A stretch of DNA of 54,619 bases from a bacterium (lineage in GTDB: Archaea > Nanobdellota > Nanobdellia > Pacearchaeales > GW2011-AR1), in contig DAITPU010000001.1 of the NCBI GenBank assembly GCA_036833455.1, positions 182,397-237,015 on the forward strand, written 5' to 3'. Shown here piece after piece: positions 1 to 8,752 of this stretch; position 1 is the stretch's first letter, and every line of letters starts with the position of its first letter. Both the position numbers and the translations under genes were made by a program. The notes beneath the pieces are model-generated. The model worked only from the letters and a program-made list of their open reading frames with translations. It searched no databases and was not told the DNA's origin.

Positions 1-175
1 AACCAAGAGGATCTATTTGAATTATAAAATCTGTCCCTTGACCACATGCACTTTGATCAACGTTAAAAAGATTCCCTCCTACATTATTTTTATATCCGGT
101 AAAACTTATCGAGGATACAACTACTCCGGAAAATAAAATTAAAGATAAAAACAAAATTAAATTTTTCGACTTCAT
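1..175 (-). CDS. 5' part of a secreted protein that runs off the window edge; not in the ORF track
   Basis: Hand translation from ATG at 175: MKSKNLILFLSLILFSGVVVSSISFTGYKNNVGGNLFNVDQSACGQGTDFIIQIDPLG, open to base 1. Sec-type signal peptide. ATGA overlap with the stop of 172..1998. Confidence 0.8.
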   Translation of the reverse strand, partial: MKSKNLILFLSLILFSGVVVSSISFTGYKNNVGGNLFNVDQSACGQGTDFIIQIDPLG

Positions 176-1998
176 TCGAATTTTACCTCTATTTTATTTG
201 TCTCTAAAATTAAATAATTCTCCTGTAAATCTTTAAAAGAAAATGGATTGTTTACTTTATCCACCGATAAAATTAATTTATCAAAACTATCTAATAAAAA
301 TTCAGAGAAATAAATTTCCGTGTTTCCTCCTCCAATTAAAACATTCGAAAGATTTTGTGAAGGAATTTCTATTTCAAAACACTCTTCTCTACTGGCTCCA
401 AAAATCCCTAAAAGCCCATTTCTCGAAACTTCTAAACATTGTTCTCTCGTTCCTCCTGGGAATTGAATATTCCCTTCTTCAAATAAATTTACTTGAAGAT
501 TATAATTTCCTTCACTAAGTTTTATAGATTTATCTTCTGGTAAATACGCACTATCTGAAAAAGAGCCAGAATCAAAGGTTATCAAAGCTTTTCCAGAATA
601 AATATTTCCTCCAACAAAAATTTGAACTTCTTTTTCAAAGGATTTATCCATAATAATTATTGCACTTCCCTCTTCTACACTAGAATATAATACAGAAGTA
701 GTTTTATATCCCTCTGCTTCAGCAATTAGATTTCCATTTATACATTGAGGAAGTAAAGCTTCCAATTCTCCTATTTGAGTTAATCCCAAAGAACAAACTT
801 CTCCTAAGCAATCATAACTCATTTTTGCTTCAACAGGAGATAGATCTCTATCATAAACTGAAATTTTTGTTTGAGTATTTGAATTTTCACAAATTTCTAA
901 GTTTTGACTAAACCAACTTTCTCCTTCCAGAGGCTTCCTAGGTTGATTGCCTTCTATTAAAACTACAACTGGAAACTGAAATAATTCTCCATCCTTAAAT
1001 ACTTGGATCAAAACAGGATACCTATAGTTGTAAACATAATGGTAAGGAACATAACAAAAACCTAAAATTCCAAAACCTTCTTTGTTTCCAACGGGTTCTG
1101 CAATTAACTTTTCTCCTTGGCTAGGATTGACTTCAAAATAATTAGGCCAGTTTTCCATACTTACAAATCTTATTTCCCCCTCTTGAGGAAGACCTTTAAT
1201 TTTAAAATAATCTGAAGAGGCACCTTCATTTTTTAAAGAAATTATATTTTCAACAGTAGCTGTTCTAACTTCTGAATAAACTTCTCTTGCATCCCAAGAC
1301 AGAGGGGAGCAACTTATTTCAAGCCCATCAACAGGAGCATTCAGTCTTAAAACATCAATCGTATAATTTTCTAAAAACATAGAATTTTTCTGCAAATCGT
1401 AAACTTCTTTTGAAATAGAATAAAGTTCGCCTATCTTAGAAGGAACTCTTGTTTCAAATTTACTAAATACAAAAGAATCTTCTCCTTTTTTAACACTTAA
1501 ATCTATTTTAGTTTCAACATCTAAATAATCCTCACTTATCTTTACAAAAGACTTTGGAGTTCCAAATTCAATTTCATATCCCTGATCGTAAAGTTCATTT
1601 AAAACACAATTTTTTATCTTAGAATCCAAATAAGATTCCAAATCCACTTCCATTTTTTCTAAAGAAGGTATATTTTCTTTTTGAATTCCCACAGGATTTA
1701 AATAAAACCAATAAGGAATATCTCTACCAAGAAAATCCAGATGTGAAGAAAAAGGCGAATATCTAGAAGAAACTTCATAATTTTGTTTTCCTATATTTCC
1801 TCCATAAAAACCCAACATTGAAATTCCAGTTCTTGAATATTCTTCTAAACAATAAACAAACTTTGTTTCAACTGGAACTAAAGAAGAAGGAACATAATTT
1901 TTTTTAAAAGAATCTTTAAAAATAAGATAACTTGCAAATGCTAAGACAAGAAAAATAGCGACTATAATGAAAATAGTTATCTGCCCTCTTTTATCCAT
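172..1998 (-). CDS. Class III signal peptide (KRG|QITIFII) surface protein, 608 aa, Cys-containing
   Basis: N-terminus MDKRGQITIFIIVAIFLVL. The N-terminal domain aligns by eye with 39916..40671 (CLE..GG; PSLE..E..L.SYL...I.NC; QGY.I..G). Confidence 0.85.
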   Translation of the reverse strand: MDKRGQITIFIIVAIFLVLAFASYLIFKDSFKKNYVPSSLVPVETKFVYCLEEYSRTGISMLGFYGGNIGKQNYEVSSRYSPFSSHLDFLGRDIPYWFYLNPVGIQKENIPSLEKMEVDLESYLDSKIKNCVLNELYDQGYEIEFGTPKSFVKISEDYLDVETKIDLSVKKGEDSFVFSKFETRVPSKIGELYSISKEVYDLQKNSMFLENYTIDVLRLNAPVDGLEISCSPLSWDAREVYSEVRTATVENIISLKNEGASSDYFKIKGLPQEGEIRFVSMENWPNYFEVNPSQGEKLIAEPVGNKEGFGILGFCYVPYHYVYNYRYPVLIQVFKDGELFQFPVVVLIEGNQPRKPLEGESWFSQNLEICENSNTQTKISVYDRDLSPVEAKMSYDCLGEVCSLGLTQIGELEALLPQCINGNLIAEAEGYKTTSVLYSSVEEGSAIIIMDKSFEKEVQIFVGGNIYSGKALITFDSGSFSDSAYLPEDKSIKLSEGNYNLQVNLFEEGNIQFPGGTREQCLEVSRNGLLGIFGASREECFEIEIPSQNLSNVLIGGGNTEIYFSEFLLDSFDKLILSVDKVNNPFSFKDLQENYLILETNKIEVKFE

Positions 1999-2048
1999 TT
2001 TTAACTCAAAATAAAAAAGGAAAAGCCCTATTTAAAGATTTGTCCGAA

Positions 2049-2285
2049 TTAATATTTATTAAAGAAAAAACGCACTCCAAGATAAATTAAAATTAATCCA
2101 GAAAAAACTAAAATCCATTCCTGTATATCTATTAAAAATTGAGGAATTTTGAATAAGATAAATTTAAAGTTAATCAAATAAAATCCGAAAAATAGAGATA
2201 AAACTAAAAGTAGAGAATTTCCTTTTGTCCTTCTTCTACGTCTTAAAACAGCTTCAAGTTCTCTCCTTCTTCTACTCCTTAACAT
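2049..2285 (-). CDS. Small membrane protein with an Arg-rich N-terminus
   Basis: ATG at 2285 preferred over the track's TTG at 2300. MLRSRRRR... followed by two hydrophobic segments. Confidence 0.6.
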   Translation of the reverse strand: MLRSRRRRELEAVLRRRRRTKGNSLLLVLSLFFGFYLINFKFILFKIPQFLIDIQEWILVFSGLILIYLGVRFFFNKY

Positions 2286-2305
2286 ACAATAAAAAAACAA
2301 AACTT

Positions 2306-2575
2306 CTATTTAAACTTTCTTCCTCCTTTAACTTGCCCCCAATTATCTTCCATAAATTCTATATCTAGTGAAACAATCTCAATTTTTGCCAAATAACAAA
2401 GATCTCTAAAAAATTGCTCTGGTAAAAGCCTTGCTTCAGAATAGTAATTTTTTAATGTAGAATAAGGAATTTCAAAACCAAACTGATTTAAAGCTCTTAA
2501 ACTAGGACAGTTAAGATTTTCCAAAACTTTTTTCAAAAATCTCTTCTGTTCACCTTTTTTGAATTTTACTCTCAT
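2306..2575 (-). CDS. Small basic HTH-like protein ending in a NWGQVKGG motif
   Basis: 89-aa ORF with a minus-strand TTTATAGT box about 28 nt upstream of the ATG. Helical pattern SLRAL...IPYSTLKNYY. Confidence 0.65.
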   Translation of the reverse strand: MRVKFKKGEQKRFLKKVLENLNCPSLRALNQFGFEIPYSTLKNYYSEARLLPEQFFRDLCYLAKIEIVSLDIEFMEDNWGQVKGGRKFK

Positions 2576-2606
2576 TAATTAACTGCGGGACCATACTATA
2601 AAAAAC

Positions 2607-2614
2607 TTTATAAA
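2607..2614 (+). promoter_or_regulatory. TATA box (TTTATAAA) with A-rich BRE-like flank for rpl44e
   Basis: Begins 29 nt upstream of the ATG at 2636, preceded by AAAAAC. Confidence 0.65.
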
Positions 2615-2635
2615 CTAAATTAACACATCAAAACT

Positions 2636-2947
2636 ATGAAGATACCAAAAACTACAAAGAGATATTGCCCTTACTGTAAAAAAAGAACCGAACAAAAAAT
2701 AAAGACTGTCGGAACTGGATTTTCAAGAGGAGCGATGAAAAGATTTGGAGGAAAAGCAAGAGCAAAATTAAGAGGAATTGGAAGAGGAATAGGAAATTTA
2801 GGAAAGTGGGGTAAACCAGCCCAAACAAAACATAAAAGAAAATCAAAAACAACTAAAAAAACAAATTTAATGTATACTTGTCAAGTTTGTAAAAAATCAA
2901 AATATCAGAAAAAAGGACAAAGGGCAGGGAAGGTAATACAAGAATAA
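2636..2947 (+). CDS. rpl44e: 50S ribosomal protein L44e (eL42)
   Basis: MKIPK...YCPYCKK and YTCQVCKK zinc-ribbon pairs; KTTKK motif. Confidence 0.95.
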   Translation: MKIPKTTKRYCPYCKKRTEQKIKTVGTGFSRGAMKRFGGKARAKLRGIGRGIGNLGKWGKPAQTKHKRKSKTTKKTNLMYTCQVCKKSKYQKKGQRAGKVIQE

Positions 2948-2948
2948 A

Positions 2949-3491
2949 ATGGCAGCAGCAAAAAAGAAAAAAAGGTTTTATACAATACAAATTCCTTTAA
3001 TAAAAAAAGAAACTCAACTTCAAGCATTTGAGCCGAAGGATTTAGATGGAAGATATTTAAAATACGATTTAACAAGAATTCTCAAGGGAAAATCTATGAC
3101 TTTAAGTTTAAAAGTTAAAATAAATGAAAAAGAAGAAGCAATAACTATCCCTAAAGAAATTAGAATTCTTCCTTATTATATAAAAAGATTGGTTAGAAGA
3201 GGAACAAATTATGTTGAAGATTCTTTTTCAACGCCCTCTAAAGACTCTTTAGTTAGAATAAAACCTTTTTTAGTTACTAGAAGAAAAGTTTCGAGAACAG
3301 TAAGAAAAGCACTTAGAAATAAATCAAAAGAAGAATTATCTCTTTGGGCAAAAGAAAATACTTCCGAACAATTATTTGAAGATATTCTTAAAAATAAAAT
3401 TCAAAAAGAACTGAGTTTAAAATTGAAAAAGATTTATCCTTTATCAACTTGTGAAATAAGAGTTCTAAAAGTTGAAAAAGATAAAAACTAA
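2949..3491 (+). CDS. rps3ae: 30S ribosomal protein S3Ae (eS1), N-terminally shortened
   Basis: GRYLKYDLT, YIKRLVRR, and C-terminal KKIYPL..CEIR motifs. Confidence 0.9.
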   Translation: MAAAKKKKRFYTIQIPLIKKETQLQAFEPKDLDGRYLKYDLTRILKGKSMTLSLKVKINEKEEAITIPKEIRILPYYIKRLVRRGTNYVEDSFSTPSKDSLVRIKPFLVTRRKVSRTVRKALRNKSKEELSLWAKENTSEQLFEDILKNKIQKELSLKLKKIYPLSTCEIRVLKVEKDKN

Positions 3492-3525
3492 AATTTAAAA
3501 ACAATTTTTCTTTTTGATAAAATAT

Positions 3526-3597
3526 GCCTGTATAGCTCAGTGGTAGAGCGGCTGCCTTGTAAGCAGTAGGTCGGGGGTTCAAATCCCTCTACAGGCT
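3526..3597 (+). tRNA. tRNA-Thr(TGT), no intron, CCA not encoded
   Basis: Cloverleaf: acceptor GCCTGTA/TACAGGC, D arm GCTC/GAGC, anticodon loop CT-TGT-AA, T loop TTCAAAT; followed by a T-run. Confidence 0.97.
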
Positions 3598-3605
3598 TTT
3601 TGATC

Positions 3606-3935
3606 TCACTTTAATTTAACTGCAGTTCCAAATGCAACCATTTCTGAAGCACCTTGCATAATCATAGAAGTTGTAAATCTCATTCCGACAATTGCATCTG
3701 CTCCTTTAGAAATTGCGTCATTAACCATTCTATTGTAAGCTTCATCTCTAGAATTATTCGCCATCTCAGTATATGTTTTTATTTCTCCTCCAACAATATT
3801 TTTTAAAGCTGCACCAATATCTCTTCCAATATTTCTAGATCTAACAGTACTTCCTTTTACAATCCCCAAAACCTCCTTAATCTGAAACCCGGGAATTGTT
3901 TCAGTTGTTGAAACAATAAAATTATTTTTTTTCAT
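3606..3935 (-). CDS. YbjQ/UPF0145 family protein
   Basis: STTETIPG..I..V.GIV.G, GGE...Y..M, R..A..RM...A...GADAIVGMRF, AFGTAV. Confidence 0.9.
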   Translation of the reverse strand: MKKNNFIVSTTETIPGFQIKEVLGIVKGSTVRSRNIGRDIGAALKNIVGGEIKTYTEMANNSRDEAYNRMVNDAISKGADAIVGMRFTTSMIMQGASEMVAFGTAVKLK

Positions 3936-4131
3936 ACTTCTTAAATTTTTTTTCTTCTTTTTTTAATTTGTATTTTATTTTCTCAATTCTATCTTCTTCT
4001 CTATTAACTAAAATTAATATTCCTAAAACTGCAAGTATAAGCCCTACGAATTCTCCTCCCGAACTTCCAACAAAAATGAATGTTACTCCAATAAGGGTCA
4101 GAAAAATCCCTCCCCACCATCTCTTTTTCAT
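3922..4131 (-). CDS. Small two-TM membrane protein
   Basis: Two hydrophobic segments then an EDRIEKIK charged tail; overlaps the YbjQ start. Confidence 0.65.
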   Translation of the reverse strand: MKKRWWGGIFLTLIGVTFIFVGSSGGEFVGLILAVLGILILVNREEDRIEKIKYKLKKEEKKFKKYEKK

Positions 4132-4162
4132 AATTCTTAAAGAGAAAAATGGTTAATAAATC

Positions 4163-4510
4163 TTACCACTTTTTAATTTCCTGCTTTACTCTTAAAATCC
4201 ACCCATCAATTATCTCTAAAATTCTCAAACGAATTTTTTCTTTGTTTTTTATTTTATATTTAAATAAATATCCTCCGACAGATTGATTCAATTGTATTCT
4301 AAATAAAAGTTCTTTTGAGTGAAGTTTTTTTACTCCTCTTTGAATCGTAGATTTATCCAGTTTTAATTCTTTGGCAAGCTGCTCTGTAGAAAATTCTCTT
4401 TCAGAATGAGTTAAAAAAAATTTTAAAAGTCGATACTCTGATTTACTAAGAGAAAGGCTACATTTAATTACGTCTTCTATTTCAAATCTTTTACATGCAA
4501 AATCAATCAT
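4163..4510 (-). CDS. TrmB/MarR-like winged-helix transcriptional regulator
   Basis: MIDFAC...IKC.L.LS..E, then HTH STEQLAKELKLDKSTIQRGVKKL and wing GGYLFKY. Confidence 0.85.
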   Translation of the reverse strand: MIDFACKRFEIEDVIKCSLSLSKSEYRLLKFFLTHSEREFSTEQLAKELKLDKSTIQRGVKKLHSKELLFRIQLNQSVGGYLFKYKIKNKEKIRLRILEIIDGWILRVKQEIKKW

Positions 4511-4511
4511 T

Positions 4512-4838
4512 TTATGCTTTATTTAAAATATCTTTTATTTTTGTGCTTAAGGCTTCCTCTCCCATATAACCTACACTTCTTCCAATTTCTTTTTCTTCTT
4601 TTAAAATCACAAGAGTGGGGATTCCTTGAACTCTAAATTTCATGGCCAATCCCTCTTCTAAAGAAGTATCTACTTTAAGAAATTTTAATTTTCCTTTAAA
4701 ATCTAAACTTAATTTCTCAAAGACAGGCTTCATCATCTGGCAAGGCCCACACCAATCTGCATAAAAATCTATTATAACTGGAAGTTTTGATTTTACAACT
4801 TCTTCAGAATAATTTTGCAAAGTTAATTCTTTTACCAT
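4512..4838 (-). CDS. trxA: Thioredoxin
   Basis: DFYADWCGPC and VQGIPTL. Start moved to MVKEL at 4838, which is preceded by an AGGAGG Shine-Dalgarno. Confidence 0.95.
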   Translation of the reverse strand: MVKELTLQNYSEEVVKSKLPVIIDFYADWCGPCQMMKPVFEKLSLDFKGKLKFLKVDTSLEEGLAMKFRVQGIPTLVILKEEKEIGRSVGYMGEEALSTKIKDILNKA

Positions 4839-4973
4839 TTCTTTCTTCCTCCTTGTACTGCAATAAAAATGCCGCACTTTATAAATATTTTTTAAAACTG
4901 CAAAATTAGTGAAAATTTTTGAAGTTTACTCGAGAATGCATATCTTTAAATAATTTTAAGAATTAAAAATCAA

Positions 4974-5330
4974 ATGAACAAACAAAAGAGAAAAGAAAAT
5001 TTAGCTTATGGACTTCTTGTGGCAACTTTGCAGACACACCAAGGATCATATATGATCAAAAATCCAAATGATTTGCAAACTAGAAAATTAACTAAGATAA
5101 AAGATATTTGTTTGGAGGGGAAAACACTAAAAATTAATGGAGAGAATTTTGAATTTGAATCAGATACCTCTCAAATAATAATTATAAAGTATGGACCAAA
5201 ACCCGAACTACCTTATTCTCCTTTTTATGAAATAGATTTAATGCAAAAAGATGAAAAAAATCAATATAAGATAATATTAAGAAATAAAAAATATCTTTCA
5301 ACTAAAAGAATTACTTCTAAAACTCAATAA
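4974..5330 (+). CDS. Hypothetical protein
   Basis: 118-aa ORF filling the gap; TTTAAA box 29 nt upstream of the ATG; no recognised motif. Confidence 0.6.
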   Translation: MNKQKRKENLAYGLLVATLQTHQGSYMIKNPNDLQTRKLTKIKDICLEGKTLKINGENFEFESDTSQIIIIKYGPKPELPYSPFYEIDLMQKDEKNQYKIILRNKKYLSTKRITSKTQ

Positions 5331-5357
5331 AATTTAGAATATTCTGAAAGGTTTCTC

Positions 5358-5915
5358 TTATTTCTCCATATTTTCCGCAACACCATCATCAATAAATATT
5401 TTTGCTATATTCTTTGGAAGATTTACAAATTGCCCAACTTCATAAGGTCCATAGTGAATTCCTTCAGAAGACATAAACTGATCCACTTCTTCCAAAAAAC
5501 AAACTAACACTTTTCTTTCAATTCCAACTTCTTCTTCTCCTCTTAAAATTTCTTGCAACTTTCTATCTGATTTTTCCACGCAATTCATTAAAGATTCAAA
5601 TAACTCTTTTTCTATTAAAAGCATATTATCAAAATCCTGCTTTGAAATACCTGTTTCAGAAGCTATTAAGACTAAATTTAAAATTTTCTTTCTTCTTCTC
5701 CTTAATAATTCTTGAAAAAGTGTTATTGCATTCTCCAATTGTTTTTTTGTTTTAATTAAAACGTCTGAAAAAGAAGATTCTTCGTTATTTGCTGCCTGTT
5801 TCTTTTCTCTTATATAGGAAGCCACATCTTTTACAAAACTTTTGGAAATTGGCTGTAAATTTTCAGAATACCTTTCTTTTTTTGCTATTTCATAAATCTC
5901 TTTATATGTAATCAT
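5358..5915 (-). CDS. GINS family replication protein (Gins15/51-like: helical A domain plus C-terminal B domain)
   Basis: ITY.EIYE...KER....LQPI...F...V..Y; C-terminal V.FLEEV..FM...G..YGPY..G..VNLP..IAKIFI..GVA. Confidence 0.8.
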   Translation of the reverse strand: MITYKEIYEIAKKERYSENLQPISKSFVKDVASYIREKKQAANNEESSFSDVLIKTKKQLENAITLFQELLRRRRKKILNLVLIASETGISKQDFDNMLLIEKELFESLMNCVEKSDRKLQEILRGEEEVGIERKVLVCFLEEVDQFMSSEGIHYGPYEVGQFVNLPKNIAKIFIDDGVAENMEK

Positions 5916-6036
5916 AAAATTGAAAAATATCCTATCCTTTAATAGATTATTGTACTACCTAAGGATTATTTCATTTTTTAAATAAGATTTATTCCTTTTA
6001 AAAATACTAAATAAATTAAGGTTAAGAAATTAAATT

Positions 6037-7335
6037 TTATTTTAAAAAACCAGTCTTAGAAAATATTTCTTTCCCAAGCATACGCCCTAATTTTCCCTTT
6101 TTAGCTTCTTTTTCATTAAATTTCTTTTCTCTTGGTAAACTCCAACTACAATAAAGGAGGGGAACCGGATCAGAAGAATGCGCCTTTAAAACACAAGGTG
6201 TTGAATGGTCTCCAGTTACAATTAATTTAATTTTATTTCGAGATAAAAATCCTCTCAGTTTTGAAAAAAGATTCTTATCTAAAAATTCCAGCATTTCTTT
6301 TTTTTCAAAGGGTTTATTATCATGTCCAGGAAGATCTGTTTCTTTTATATGAATGTAAATAAATTTATGTTTTCTTAAAGAAGATTTTATTAATTTTAAA
6401 GAATGAGAAGATGCTTTTTTCAACCCTTGCCATAAATTTTGATAAGAATCTATTCCTCTTAAGGGAGGGTAAGAAAAAGAATACGTTTTCATGCCAGAAA
6501 GATCTGAGAAACCTTTTTCTAAAGGCATATATCCCAAACAAGCCCAATCTTTGTATTGTTTTAGTTTTGGCCTTTCTACTCCTGGCGTACGCACCAAAAG
6601 ATAATTTGCGGGAAGCAGGCCCCTCTTTTCACGAGAAATGTTCGCTTCGCTATCCTTAAGAATTTTAAAACTAGATTCTAAAAATTCATTTAGCATTTTA
6701 GCGGTTTTTTCAGCTTTATCTTCTCTAACTAAAGCCCTACAAGAAGTTACTTTTGAAATTTCCTTTGAACTGCCCTTATTATAAGTTATATCATCTCCCG
6801 CAATTTTATCTGAGAAATCCCCCCTAAAAATTAAAATTCCTCTGTGTTGTAAAGTGGGAACCAATTCGAACTCATAAGGAAAATCCATTTTATTTATTTC
6901 TTCTGCAAGTAAATTGGCTTCTTCATTCGTCAATGTTCTTCCTGCCCTACGATCGATTACATTTCCTTTTTCAATTGAATCAATAGTTCCAAAATTAACT
7001 CTTAAAACCAAATCTCCTTTGTTGGGATTTATTCCGGCGCCAACTGCTTCTAACCAAGCACGATTAGAATTTTTCATGTCATTTCCAAAAATAGAAACAA
7101 TGGATTCGTCTGAACCTGGAGAGTAACCTGGAGAAACAGGATAAACAAAACCGATTTCTCCTCGAGTAGCAAAGAAATCTAAATTTGAAGTTGTTGCTGA
7201 TTCTAAAGGAGTCAAGCCACCTAATTGCTTATTTGGTAAATCTCCCAATCCATCTATAATTACAAACACCCCTTTAAGACGAGTCTTTCTAAAAGAAAAA
7301 TGTTCTTGAAAAAGATTAACTAATTTGCAAACCAT
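6037..7335 (-). CDS. apgM: 2,3-BPG-independent phosphoglycerate mutase, archaeal type
   Basis: IIDGLGD, TPLE.A, PGSD, RVNFGT, DRRAGR, HIKETD..GH, TGDHSTP. Confidence 0.92.
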   Translation of the reverse strand: MVCKLVNLFQEHFSFRKTRLKGVFVIIDGLGDLPNKQLGGLTPLESATTSNLDFFATRGEIGFVYPVSPGYSPGSDESIVSIFGNDMKNSNRAWLEAVGAGINPNKGDLVLRVNFGTIDSIEKGNVIDRRAGRTLTNEEANLLAEEINKMDFPYEFELVPTLQHRGILIFRGDFSDKIAGDDITYNKGSSKEISKVTSCRALVREDKAEKTAKMLNEFLESSFKILKDSEANISREKRGLLPANYLLVRTPGVERPKLKQYKDWACLGYMPLEKGFSDLSGMKTYSFSYPPLRGIDSYQNLWQGLKKASSHSLKLIKSSLRKHKFIYIHIKETDLPGHDNKPFEKKEMLEFLDKNLFSKLRGFLSRNKIKLIVTGDHSTPCVLKAHSSDPVPLLYCSWSLPREKKFNEKEAKKGKLGRMLGKEIFSKTGFLK

Positions 7336-7358
7336 AGAATAAAAAAGAAGGTTTTAGT

Positions 7359-8678
7359 TTATAAAATTAGTTGAAGTAGGAGAAAACCTATTCCCATAGC
7401 CAAAATTATAGAAAAAACTTTTAAGATTGCAATTCCAAATTTTCTGCTTCCTAAAAAAAAGGCGAGTCCTGTTTTTACAATAGTGTTTGAAATTGTGGCC
7501 AATATAATTGAGACTGCTGCAACTAAATTACTAATTTCTCCCGCTCTACTTAAGCTAGACATACTAAGAGTTATTGCATCAACATCTGCAATTCCAGAAA
7601 AAATACTTGTGATATAAATTCCTGTAGCTCCAAAAGATAATTGAGCTATCTTAGAAATTAACATAACTAACATAAAGAATAGGGCAAATTTTAAAGCCGG
7701 AAGAATTGCAAAGGGTTGCCTAAGTTGAAGTTTCTTAGCTTTCTGCATTTTATCTTTTTTCTTGTAAAAGAAAAAACCCAAACTAAATCCTGTTAAAGCC
7801 ATCACTCCTAAAGGCAAAATTACCATATTTAATAAAGAACTATTCACGATCGACACTTCTATTAAAACCCTTATAAACATAATTGAAGAAGCCAGTAAAG
7901 TCGCCAATACATATGGAGAAACTATTTTTTTATTTCCCTTACTTTCAGCGCACATTGATAAAGTCACTGCAGTGGAAGAAACCAACCCTCCTACAAAACC
8001 TAAAATTCCATGTCCTTTTTTATCCCCTACAATTTTTGTTAAAAAATAACCTAAGAAACTTATTCCCGCAACAAGAACAACCATTAACCATATGTGATAA
8101 AAATTAAAAACACTTAATTGAGAAAGGAAATCTTTACTTATTCCTAAACTATAAAGAATTTCTCTCAACCCCGGTAAATCTGCTGGAGAATAATTCTTAT
8201 TTGGAAGAAAAGGTAAAACAACTAACGACAGCAAAGCAAATTTAACAACTGCAAACATTTCATTCCCTTCCATTTTTTTAGCCAAATTATGCAATCTCTC
8301 TTTAAAAGTTAAAAAAGTTAAAAGTAAAATTCCAAATATAACTGCAAGCTGAGTATAACCAGTAGTGCACATAACCCCTAAAATATAACTAATAATTGCT
8401 GAAATCTCCGTCGTTGCAGAAGGTAAATTTCTTTTCATATAATTAAGATAGTATGATATTAAAGAAAATAATATTATTCCTCCAAAACCTACAATTGCCC
8501 AAACTGAATTAAAGTCTCCTCCTAAATAACCTAAAATGGCTCCAAAAAAAGTTATTAGAATAAAAGTTCTAAAACCTGCAAAAAGTTTAAGATTGATATG
8601 CTGCTGAGTATATTCTCTCTGAAGACCGATCAAAGCTCCAAGAAAAATTGCAACAATTACTCCCCAAACTTCCATCAC
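7359..8678 (-). CDS. MgtC/SapB family membrane protein with DUF4010-like C-terminus
   Basis: GALIGLQRE...AGFRTF, TTEI, GGLVSSTAVT, SGIADVDAITLS; multiple TM helices. Confidence 0.88.
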   Translation of the reverse strand: MMEVWGVIVAIFLGALIGLQREYTQQHINLKLFAGFRTFILITFFGAILGYLGGDFNSVWAIVGFGGIILFSLISYYLNYMKRNLPSATTEISAIISYILGVMCTTGYTQLAVIFGILLLTFLTFKERLHNLAKKMEGNEMFAVVKFALLSLVVLPFLPNKNYSPADLPGLREILYSLGISKDFLSQLSVFNFYHIWLMVVLVAGISFLGYFLTKIVGDKKGHGILGFVGGLVSSTAVTLSMCAESKGNKKIVSPYVLATLLASSIMFIRVLIEVSIVNSSLLNMVILPLGVMALTGFSLGFFFYKKKDKMQKAKKLQLRQPFAILPALKFALFFMLVMLISKIAQLSFGATGIYITSIFSGIADVDAITLSMSSLSRAGEISNLVAAVSIILATISNTIVKTGLAFFLGSRKFGIAILKVFSIILAMGIGFLLLQLIL

Positions 8679-8724
8679 TAAAAGAAGATAAACGAGTTTA
8701 TAAAATTAGCCAAAATAAAAAACC

Positions 8725-8735
8725 TTAAAACCAAG
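8725..8735 (+). promoter_or_regulatory. TATA-like box TTAAAACCAAG for ftsY
   Basis: Starts 28 nt upstream of the ATG at 8753; near-identical motifs precede aIF2-alpha and aEF-1beta. Confidence 0.55.
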
Positions 8736-8752
8736 AAATTTGTTCTAATTAT

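Noticed and set aside
5916-6036. 120-bp AT-rich gap next to the GINS-like gene as a possible replication origin
   Set aside because: No ORB-like repeats or G-string and no cdc6/orc1 nearby; explained by a promoter plus terminator region.
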